DNA from: a virus
Taxonomy: Duplodnaviria; Caudoviricetes
DNA: 50,488 nt
IMG/VR virus record: IMGVR_UViG_3300023181_000038
Coordinates: 1-50,488 of that record
Strand: one strand, 5' to 3'
The notes beneath the pieces were generated by a model, which saw nothing but the letters and a program-made list of their open reading frames with translations, searched no databases and was not told where the DNA came from. Every line of letters begins with the position of its first letter. Within the stretch, counting starts at the first letter, position 1. Positions 16,040 to 23,222 of this stretch are shown here, piece by piece. The position numbers were made by a program, and so were the translations under genes.

Positions 16040-16267
16040 TTAGGCTTTTAATGCGGTAACTGATGTAAGAAGGCGCAACATCTCACGCGCTGTTTCCAGA
16101 CCGCCCACATTGCCGGATAAATACCGCTCAACTGTGGATAGTGATGTGCCCATGAGAATGGCAACCTCCATGCGCTGCGTGTGTGTTGCGGTGATTGCTT
16201 TTAGCTTTTCAGATAGCAACTCCTTTTCGGCGCTGATCTGCTCTTTTACTGTGGTTCGTTTTTTCAT
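16040..16267 (-). CDS. Cro-like HTH regulator heading the early operon
   Basis: RMEVAILMGTSLSTVERYLSG; CATCTTTG promoter-like element at 16287-16294. Confidence 0.75.
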   Translation of the reverse strand: MKKRTTVKEQISAEKELLSEKLKAITATHTQRMEVAILMGTSLSTVERYLSGNVGGLETAREMLRLLTSVTALKA

Positions 16268-16362
16268 TTTCTTCGTTATTGAGACACAAAGATGGGGTTT
16301 GTTTTTGAACTGCACAAATAAATTTCAGAATAGGGGTGAATCTTAGAAATGTTGGGGCAAAT

Positions 16363-16386
16363 AAAAAAGCCGCACAATGGCGGCTT
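16363..16386 (-). terminator. Rho-independent terminator after the endolysin
   Basis: 7-bp stem AAGCCGC/GCGGCTT with a U-tract on the minus strand. Confidence 0.85.
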
Positions 16387-16409
16387 AATGTATAATCAGT
16401 GTGATATAC

Positions 16410-16919
16410 TTACAACAAAACATATCCGGCCTTATCAACCTTGCCAGCGTTGCGCAATTCAAGCAACTGACGCCATGTTTTACCGAATGCTTTTTCAAGA
16501 TGCGGGTAATCGCGGATTGTAGAAAATTTGCCGCCCCACTTCCACCCTGCATCCTCAAATACTTTTACTACTTCGCGCCAATCGGCTGCGCCGTCACCAT
16601 CGAAATCTTTGGCAATATCCCAGCTTACGGTTATCCCGTCAATAAGTAGGCAAAAGTCTATTGCGAGGCCATAGTTATGGAATGAAGATCCGGCATTTGC
16701 ATTGGTAACCTTCGCCCCCGGTTTCGTTCGCCCCTGCGCGTATAATGCGGCTTGCTCTGCGAATGTCCGGTAACCCTGCACTATTCTTATGGACGCGCGG
16801 CCTTTTAGCGCCTTAGACGCCTCTATATAAAGGCGCTTCGCTTCCTCTCTCAACTTTGGATGAAGCAACGCGATCCTATTGAGCGAAATAGCGTCTAATT
16901 CTGTTACGGTCTGTGCCAT
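16410..16919 (-). CDS. Endolysin, M15 (L-Ala-D-Glu) peptidase
   Basis: GYRTFAEQAALYAQGR...SFHNYGLAIDF...WGG...DYPHLE. Confidence 0.95.
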   Translation of the reverse strand: MAQTVTELDAISLNRIALLHPKLREEAKRLYIEASKALKGRASIRIVQGYRTFAEQAALYAQGRTKPGAKVTNANAGSSFHNYGLAIDFCLLIDGITVSWDIAKDFDGDGAADWREVVKVFEDAGWKWGGKFSTIRDYPHLEKAFGKTWRQLLELRNAGKVDKAGYVLL

Positions 16920-16922
16920 GAT

Positions 16923-17198
16923 TTACGATTGTGTTTCTTCCGGCAAATATCCCAAAGCCCGCTGTAAGAAGCGAATTAAGCCGTATTTGCTAGGCTTCCT
17001 TAGTAGTTTACGCAATTCAGATTTAAGGAGCCGCAAGGCCGCAGAAATTAGCGCGTCTGTGGTGCTGTGGTCAGGTGCCAGGGCAACGGCTTTCTGAAAA
17101 TACGGCGCGGAATCAAATCCGGCTTTTCTGTAGCGTTGGAGTACATCGCTTATTTCAATGTCTGCACTTAGGGCGCTTGCTGCGTCTGATTCGCTCAT
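16923..17198 (-). CDS. Hypothetical protein co-transcribed with the endolysin
   Basis: 91 aa, helical, basic amphipathic C-terminus; TACCTTCA at 17204-17211 just upstream. Confidence 0.7.
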   Translation of the reverse strand: MSESDAASALSADIEISDVLQRYRKAGFDSAPYFQKAVALAPDHSTTDALISAALRLLKSELRKLLRKPSKYGLIRFLQRALGYLPEETQS

Positions 17199-17277
17199 GG
17201 ATGTGAAGGTACAAAAACAGCGGGCAAATGGTTTTTGTTTAAGGCTGACCTGCTCAAAGGAAGTCCCCCGCTATTTT

Positions 17278-17310
17278 AATCACCACGCTATCTGTGGTAG
17301 CGTGGTGATT
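17278..17310. repeat. Perfect 13-bp inverted repeat
   Basis: AATCACCACGCTA-N7-TAGCGTGGTGATT. Confidence 0.9.
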
Positions 17311-17380
17311 GTTGGGAAGGCTCAAAAGTAATCTACAAATACCGCAAGGTCACTTTCGGGGCAAAAAAAATAAATTAAGG

Positions 17381-17411
17381 CTTGTTTGTTTGGGATTGTT
17401 ACCTATTTTTG
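17381..17411 (+). promoter_or_regulatory. Bacteroidota sigma-A-type promoter
   Basis: TTG at 17382, 19-bp spacer, TATTTTTG at 17404-17411. Confidence 0.75.
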
Positions 17412-17414
17412 CTG

Positions 17415-17775
17415 TATCAAATCCGAAGGACATGGGTGCAACTATGGCTTTTTCTTCGGGTTTAGGAATAGATGTTTGCCCTTAGTGGTATACCTTTCCC
17501 CTAAGCCCTCGCCGCACCCGAGGGCTTTTTCTTTGCCCCTACTCTAACGAAATGATGCGCCATAGATACGCATGGAGAGGAGTAAAAATCTGCGGGTGCT
17601 GCATTGTGCCAAAATGCTTTTAAATGTTGAAGATGGGTTTTCTATAGCTTGCTACCCGTCAACAGCCGAAACGAACGACGAAACTCATTGTACTGCCAGT
17701 CTGAAAAGGTGAGCGAAAATCTGCTAATTCTCTAAGGGGGTTGGGGGATTAGCTTGCTTTCGCTTACCTACAACC
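17415..17775 (+). ncRNA. Candidate structured ncRNA or long leader
   Basis: At least six stems (17419-17463, 17503-17527, 17540-17584, 17601-17617, 17625-17664, 17707-17769); no ORF of 60 aa or more. Confidence 0.65.
17503..17534 (+). terminator. Intrinsic terminator/attenuator within the leader
   Basis: AAGCCCTCG-CCGCACC-CGAGGGCTT followed by TTTCTTT. Confidence 0.75.
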
Positions 17776-17824
17776 TTCTAAAATCTATTGTTTGCCAATC
17801 ACAAATAATTTCGCGCACAATCAA

Positions 17825-18067
17825 ATGATACAAAGGCTTTTTCACAGGCTCTACCTCTATTTACTTCTTGTCCGCCTACGCATGTGCGCGAAGAACATTA
17901 AGAAATGGGATGCGCAAAAATGCGATTGGGGGCCGGCTGCGAGATATTTGATAGGCACATTTGTTTCGGAAGAAAAACACAAGGCACGGGGCATTGAGGC
18001 CAAAATAAAAGCAGGAATATTAAATATGCAGACTCCTAGATTTCTACTGAATAGACCAACATTTTAA
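17825..18067 (+). CDS. Hypothetical protein
   Basis: Start MIQRLF. Confidence 0.6.
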   Translation: MIQRLFHRLYLYLLLVRLRMCAKNIKKWDAQKCDWGPAARYLIGTFVSEEKHKARGIEAKIKAGILNMQTPRFLLNRPTF

Positions 18068-18068
18068 A

Positions 18069-18479
18069 ATGAACGCTCTACAGATACTAAAAGCAAAAGG
18101 CGCTGACATAGATCAAGAAGCGTTGCGAAAGGAATTCATGGATTACATCCCGCGAAGATTGGAGCGCGAAATGATGAAGCCTTGTGGCTGCTGCAAAGAG
18201 CAAGATCAAAGAGATATGATGCACGCGGATGCACTGGACATTATCGACTTCCACTACCGGCGCTACCTAAAAGGCACACTCCTTACTCTGCACAGAATCA
18301 CCCACGCCTTCCGCTTGCTGCCAAAAGAGCGATTCTTTGAAGGCATTACGATAATGGACGCGATATACTGCACCGCATTAGTTCATGAGTTCTATGAACT
18401 ATGCACAAGGCACCAATCAGCGAAGAAACAAATCCTGGCATTAGCCCTTAAACTTTACGCAATAAAAACGAAAGCATGA
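18069..18479 (+). CDS. Hypothetical protein
   Basis: 136 aa, PCGCC motif. Confidence 0.7.
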   Translation: MNALQILKAKGADIDQEALRKEFMDYIPRRLEREMMKPCGCCKEQDQRDMMHADALDIIDFHYRRYLKGTLLTLHRITHAFRLLPKERFFEGITIMDAIYCTALVHEFYELCTRHQSAKKQILALALKLYAIKTKA

Positions 18480-18880
18480 AAACTCTACACCTGACTTTGA
18501 AAAAGAAGTGGTTCGATATGATTGAGTCCGGCGAAAAGCTGGAAGAGTACAGAGAGATTAAGCCGTATTGGGTTCAACGGCTCATGGGTTGCGGCGGGCC
18601 GAAGGAAAGGCCGGATGACCACAAACATGTTCCCGGAAACTTTTGTTTTGACATCATGGCCGGCCATCCGCCGGCGAATGTTGTCGCTTCATATATGATG
18701 ATGTTCAAAGAGTTTGACGCAATCATCTTTAAGAATGGGTATTCTAAGGAGGCGCGCTCGATGTACGTCACTTGCAACGGTATCGATATTAGCCGGGGCC
18801 GTGAAGAGTGGGGCGCAGAACCGGATAAGTACTATTTCAGATTCCGCGTGAGTAACCCTATTAAAATGCAACAACCCTAA
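18476..18880 (+). CDS. ASCH/PUA-like domain protein
   Basis: LHLTLKKKWFDMIESGEKLEEYREIKPYW...F.NGY...GREEWGA. Confidence 0.85.
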   Translation: MKTLHLTLKKKWFDMIESGEKLEEYREIKPYWVQRLMGCGGPKERPDDHKHVPGNFCFDIMAGHPPANVVASYMMMFKEFDAIIFKNGYSKEARSMYVTCNGIDISRGREEWGAEPDKYYFRFRVSNPIKMQQP

Positions 18881-18885
18881 CACCC

Positions 18886-19104
18886 ATGAACACACCTGAA
18901 ACAACAACAGTAGAGATAGTATGGCAAGGCATGAGTACTTGTGACATAAGTATAAACAACACCCTGTTTAATCGCTCTAACAACAAACACACCTCGGCAA
19001 GCTGGAAAGAACTTTCTGGTAGCGATTGGATAAATATTTACGACCTTACCCGAATAGGAGAGCTTGAATCTATTTTTCAACAGCATAAAAACAAAGAAGC
19101 ATGA
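18886..19104 (+). CDS. Hypothetical protein
   Basis: 72 aa; ATGA-coupled to the next gene. Confidence 0.7.
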   Translation: MNTPETTTVEIVWQGMSTCDISINNTLFNRSNNKHTSASWKELSGSDWINIYDLTRIGELESIFQQHKNKEA

Positions 19105-19451
19105 GCAACATTGAAATAATGGAGAAACGATACCGCGCATTTGACGCGATAGTGTCACCGCAGGTACCCGTTAACCGTTCTGTATGACTAGAAGGCGGCA
19201 TTCTAACACAAGAAGAAATAAGTGCAGAGAAATTCGCAAAAGTCGGGGCATGGATAAAGTCAGAACACGAAGCCCTGCACGGCATGGATGATTACAATAA
19301 GGTAGGACACCTTAAAAATATTATGGTCATTACCCCATGCTGCCGGCACATCCCATCAGTAAATGCGGCGCGGGAAGTTGTGGTTGCAGAGTATGACGCG
19401 ATCAAAAAACGCCTAGATAAGAAATACAAAAAGGATGGGCGATACAATTGA
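19101..19451 (+). pseudogene. 116-codon reading frame interrupted by one in-frame TGA (pseudogene or readthrough)
   Basis: MSNIEIM...NRSV-TGA(19185)-LEGGILTQEE...DGRYN, ending just before the terminator. Confidence 0.65.
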
Positions 19452-19462
19452 TGGATAGAATA

Positions 19463-19492
19463 AAAATGCCGGGAGATTAACCCCGGCATTTT
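19463..19492. terminator. Bidirectional intrinsic terminator
   Basis: AAAATGCCGGG-N8-CCCGGCATTTT between convergent genes. Confidence 0.85.
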
Positions 19493-19852
19493 CTATGGTA
19501 TCATGTTCTTCCTTCGCAATCGCCTCTCCTGCCGAAAATACTTCACGTACAATACAGTAACAAGCAGGGCAGCTAAGTAGTTCGCGATATTAAACCGAGT
19601 AGGCACAGCCAATACGATAAACAGGACATTAATGATGGACAGGATAAGCAAGTATTCAGACGCAAGACGGGCCTGAGTGCGGCATCCGAGATTATTTATC
19701 GCCCACGCATAAAACACAGTTGCTAGAGCCTCCGTAATTCGGTTAATCGTGAGCCATGCTTCTTCGTCAATAAACCAACGAACATTACGCCCTGCGCCGT
19801 GAATAATAATCCCGGCGATAATGATGTAGGAGGCGTTACGGGCATTTACCAT
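19493..19852 (-). CDS. Four-TM membrane protein
   Basis: Four hydrophobic segments and a basic C-terminal tail. Confidence 0.75.
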   Translation of the reverse strand: MVNARNASYIIIAGIIIHGAGRNVRWFIDEEAWLTINRITEALATVFYAWAINNLGCRTQARLASEYLLILSIINVLFIVLAVPTRFNIANYLAALLVTVLYVKYFRQERRLRRKNMIP

Positions 19853-20193
19853 TTGATAGGCGGTGCAGTAGGGCCAACAATGCCGGCGCTACCATAAGTA
19901 GTCGTTGTGCCTACCCTTACGAATGTGGCGCTGAAATCGCCGTCATCAACCGCCGGAGTATAGACCAGGAACCGACCGCCCTCTGAGCTTGTTTCAAGGC
20001 TGTAGCCTGCCTCATTGTTGCCTACATAGTCAGCGGTAAGGCCAACAAGTGTGCCGTTAAATCCAAATGCAGAGATGGTATCTGCGTCGTCGTGCAATTG
20101 CCAATAGATGTTATCTGTCATTGAACGAAAATAAACCGTTTTGCCAGTTATTTTCTCCAATAGCCACGCCAAAAACCTAATTATATTTTTCAT
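19846..20193 (-). CDS. Hypothetical protein
   Basis: Amphipathic N-terminus, beta-rich body, Pro-rich end. Confidence 0.7.
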   Translation of the reverse strand: MKNIIRFLAWLLEKITGKTVYFRSMTDNIYWQLHDDADTISAFGFNGTLVGLTADYVGNNEAGYSLETSSEGGRFLVYTPAVDDGDFSATFVRVGTTTTYGSAGIVGPTAPPIKW

Positions 20194-20196
20194 TTA

Positions 20197-20496
20197 TTAT
20201 TTGCTATCAAGTGTTGAGGTGCTATCGTATTGTGCGGCTTTCCATCGTAGAACGCTGTCGCTAACATATAGGCTACGAAGGTCACTCGCAGAGTATCCCC
20301 AATTCGCAAGGCTAACGGTGAGCTTAGCCATGCTAGCAGCATTCTGTTTAGCATCTTCCAGCCTCCCCTCTTCACACTTCGCACAAGCATCCTGCTGTTT
20401 TGTGAGCATGAGGTAAAAAACAAATGCCATAACGTATCCGGCATCTCTCCCAATGAGCTTTCGCCATCCCGGCGGGGTGCTTGTATCTGTGGACAT
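20197..20496 (-). CDS. Single-TM protein with CxxC and a helical tail (possibly spanin-like)
   Basis: YVMAFVFYLML, then CAKC and a coiled segment. Confidence 0.6.
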   Translation of the reverse strand: MSTDTSTPPGWRKLIGRDAGYVMAFVFYLMLTKQQDACAKCEEGRLEDAKQNAASMAKLTVSLANWGYSASDLRSLYVSDSVLRWKAAQYDSTSTLDSK

Positions 20497-20555
20497 TGCA
20501 TAAATATAGTCTGTAAATACTGCGAATATAATATCTGTTTATCGTTACTTAGATA

Positions 20556-20861
20556 TTAATCCCCCCTTCGCCAATCCAAAGCCTTTATTAAATGGCGCAT
20601 GGCTAAACAGTAAGTAAGGTGCCCTAGTCGCATAATGGGATCAATAGTATAGCTGTCTACCAGAAACAGCGCCAACTGATTGAGCATTTGAATACACAGA
20701 GCGGCCCAAAATAGCTTTATGAACATCAGCCCGCTATGCGTGGTCTGCACATGCTTATCCTTCATTACACGGCGCAATTGCCCCAACAGCCCCGCACTCC
20801 AAACAATGAGCAAGGCGCTAAAAACCTTATTGATTAGGTAAATCGTCTGCTCCATCATCAT
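20556..20861 (-). CDS. Three-TM membrane protein
   Basis: Start MMMEQT; hydrophobic segments. Confidence 0.7.
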   Translation of the reverse strand: MMMEQTIYLINKVFSALLIVWSAGLLGQLRRVMKDKHVQTTHSGLMFIKLFWAALCIQMLNQLALFLVDSYTIDPIMRLGHLTYCLAMRHLIKALDWRRGD

Positions 20862-21165
20862 CCTTTTCCTTCTTTGAATTGAAAAGATCGTCCGCCGCCT
20901 TTTGCCCACCCTTCGTTATCCTGGCAGCCATTTCCTGAGAGGCGTATCCCGATGCAAAAGACAGTATACCGGATATGAACGGAGGAAGCCCCATGCCGAA
21001 GGTCAGCCATGCTACGGTGCCGGCCATGAGCGTTCCGCTAACAAACCTTGCCGCGAATCGCGCAAAGGGTTCTTTACCGTTTACTGCACGAATGATTGAG
21101 GCCGCTGCTCCTAACAGCGTGTTTGGCAACAAGTGCTTAACGTGTTCCGAATCGAGAAATGCCAT
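20827..21165 (-). CDS. Holin-like membrane protein
   Basis: Three TM segments, SFASGYAS motif, charged C-terminus. Confidence 0.65.
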   Translation of the reverse strand: MAFLDSEHVKHLLPNTLLGAAASIIRAVNGKEPFARFAARFVSGTLMAGTVAWLTFGMGLPPFISGILSFASGYASQEMAARITKGGQKAADDLFNSKKEKDDDGADDLPNQ

Positions 21166-21268
21166 TCAATTAGCATCGTGTCAGCAATAAGGGCGGACAA
21201 GGGAAGGGATTATGCAAAGGACATCGAAAATGTCGCACCAAATGCTTGAGATTACTGATTCCATGCTT

Positions 21269-21538
21269 CTACGGTTTGACTGCAACCACCTTCGCGTCGG
21301 TGAAAAAGTTCTTAACAATATACGCCGAACCTCCGCTAAAACCCGCAAGAAGTATGGGCTTAAAGGTGAGCATTGAGAATGTAAAATCGGGTCCGGCCAC
21401 TGCTTCATACAACGCACGTACAACAGCCGCGCCAACGGCAACGATTAACCCCTTGCCAACATCTCTCCAATTAAGGCGATACGGGCCACTACTGATAACC
21501 TTTAGCGGCGTCCCCGCCTGTACAATTTCGTCTGCCAT
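21269..21538 (-). CDS. Holin-like two-TM protein
   Basis: LNWRDVGKGLIVAV...SAYIVKNFFT. Confidence 0.7.
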   Translation of the reverse strand: MADEIVQAGTPLKVISSGPYRLNWRDVGKGLIVAVGAAVVRALYEAVAGPDFTFSMLTFKPILLAGFSGGSAYIVKNFFTDAKVVAVKP

Positions 21539-21543
21539 TGTGT

Positions 21544-21720
21544 TCAATCTATTGAGTAATTTGAGTGATTATATTCTGCTCTTGGAGCGGTTAATGTATC
21601 TGCGTTCGTATTGGATCCACCGCGAGGATTGCAGGACTGTGAGAAAAACCATAGCAGAAAGCCCAATGATACTGAAAACACAAAGAACCTCCCTGGTTGT
21701 AGCAATTCATTATTCATCAT
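21544..21720 (-). CDS. Small putative lipoprotein (not in ORF track)
   Basis: 58 aa: MMNNELLQPGRFFVFSVSLGFLLWFFSQS-C-NPRGGSNTNADT... Confidence 0.6.
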   Translation of the reverse strand: MMNNELLQPGRFFVFSVSLGFLLWFFSQSCNPRGGSNTNADTLTAPRAEYNHSNYSID

Positions 21721-21931
21721 AACGGTTTATTTTAGCTTCTGCGCAAAACTCTTCAATCAATCGGCTGTCCAAATCACCTAGCCCTTTACCCTCTTTTGCC
21801 CTAGCGTCCCTCATTGCCATTATAAGTACTTGCAGTGCCTTGTTTTGGTCTTTCGGCTTAAGGGGCCGCAGTACATGCGCCAACAATGATACAGCAGTTT
21901 CTATTTCATTGGATATTGATTCATTACGCAT
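21710..21931 (-). CDS. Hypothetical protein
   Basis: 73-aa ORF. Confidence 0.65.
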   Translation of the reverse strand: MRNESISNEIETAVSLLAHVLRPLKPKDQNKALQVLIMAMRDARAKEGKGLGDLDSRLIEEFCAEAKINRYDE

Positions 21932-21944
21932 GATCTATTGGGGG

Positions 21945-22193
21945 TTACGCTTCCTGATTGTGTGATGCTTCATCCACTTCCTCAACAATATCCAATAGAC
22001 GAACCTTTGACCCATCCGGCAATACTATTATAGGGTTGCTGAGAAAGAAATGATACTGCGCGACAAGGTTCTTTTTAGCCTGCTGCAAGCCTGAAACGCG
22101 CTGCGAATCGGCCAACATCTCATTGTTCCCGGCAAAGGTCAGGACGCGCAATTTTCCGCCCTTGCCTGATCGTATTTCTCCGCGCTGTGCCAT
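21945..22193 (-). CDS. Hypothetical protein with its own promoter
   Basis: TAATTTTG at 22198-22205 directly upstream. Confidence 0.7.
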   Translation of the reverse strand: MAQRGEIRSGKGGKLRVLTFAGNNEMLADSQRVSGLQQAKKNLVAQYHFFLSNPIIVLPDGSKVRLLDIVEEVDEASHNQEA

Positions 22194-22202
22194 GATGCAA
22201 AA

Positions 22203-22973
22203 TTACTGCAATACTTCACGCCCCGAATTGTAGGTGTAGACGGGAGCGCCCAAAGTATTAATGCTGCGAAGTTTCACATAATAACCTGCTGGCACGAAGC
22301 ATGACAATTGACCTGCCTGTGTGTTCGTGTTTGTAATAGCCACAGCAAGGCCCACTACATTGCCGTTTGCCATCCTACCCACTTCAACCCAATCGCTTGC
22401 AGTCGCGCTATTTGTTGGTGCTATCTCAAGGACTATCGTACCTATAGCGCCGCCGCCAAGTGTTGATGTGGTCACTATAGTGGCGGAATAGCTAACAAGC
22501 GCGTCCCTTGTCGCGCTTACCTGGAATCCCGTAGCGCCTGTACTTGTAGTAATAGATCGCGTTACAGAAGTCATTATGCGAGGTGTTACCATGAAAGTAT
22601 CGCCCACCCGCGTTAGCCCATTGCCAGCCTGCAAATACGGCGAAGTGCTTTGCGCCCAACAGCTATTGCCGTTTTTTATTCGATAGCTGCCCGAATCAAG
22701 GCCGGGGCAATTACCTACCCAATTTAAGAAAACAGCGCGGTTATTAGCCAGCAGGACGCCAACAGGGGTTGCTACCTCTGTTGGGTCCGGTGACCATACT
22801 TTAAAAGAATCAATGCTCATCCCGACGAACAATTGCGCCCTGCCTCTATTTATACTATCCTTTGTTATCAAAGCTCCATTTCTAGTTAGCACAACAACAC
22901 CGGATGCTTGGCAGAATCCATTCCAATCGATAACGAGAAGTGTTAACAGGCATATCAGACGAATATCTTTCAT
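22203..22973 (-). CDS. Fibre-like protein with a signal peptide
   Basis: MKDIRLICLLTLLVIDWNGFC-Q; AGNGLT shaft motif; C-terminal ...FVPAGYYVKL beta domain. Confidence 0.75.
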   Translation of the reverse strand: MKDIRLICLLTLLVIDWNGFCQASGVVVLTRNGALITKDSINRGRAQLFVGMSIDSFKVWSPDPTEVATPVGVLLANNRAVFLNWVGNCPGLDSGSYRIKNGNSCWAQSTSPYLQAGNGLTRVGDTFMVTPRIMTSVTRSITTSTGATGFQVSATRDALVSYSATIVTTSTLGGGAIGTIVLEIAPTNSATASDWVEVGRMANGNVVGLAVAITNTNTQAGQLSCFVPAGYYVKLRSINTLGAPVYTYNSGREVLQ

Positions 22974-23002
22974 CGTTCAGTCTTTTATCGGGGTTAAAAT
23001 AA

Positions 23003-23212
23003 TTATGGGGTTACAGGGCAAGCGCCAATTTGATCGTTGTGCATGGTGTGTTGGAATAGCTGCGATACGGGAATCACAAGCGTCTGATATTGCGCAGGAC
23101 GGCGCGGTCCTACGATGCGATGGCAAACGGTAACTGTTGGCTCGTCTGCGGTAGCGGCAACGGTTGCGAGAAGTACAGCGCAAGCTGCTAGAATCATTGG
23201 TTTCTTTTTCAT
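23003..23212 (-). CDS. Small secreted Cys/His-motif protein
   Basis: Signal peptide ending ATA-D; VTVCH...TLVI...H..H.D.IGAC. Confidence 0.75.
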   Translation of the reverse strand: MKKKPMILAACAVLLATVAATADEPTVTVCHRIVGPRRPAQYQTLVIPVSQLFQHTMHNDQIGACPVTP

Positions 23213-23222
23213 GGTGTTTTAT

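Noticed and set aside
17541-17700. Hammerhead ribozyme (CTAACGA...GAAAC)
   Set aside because: The core CUGANGA is not matched and the required three-stem junction could not be built
19185-19187. Genome-wide TGA reassignment or selenocysteine
   Set aside because: Many genes end in TGA with ATGA coupling and long genes are intact in the standard code; no redox motif surrounds this TGA, and the hairpin is too small to call a SECIS
20190-20501. Overlapping alternative-frame ORF as an embedded o-spanin
   Set aside because: No credible lipobox or N-terminal signal in that frame
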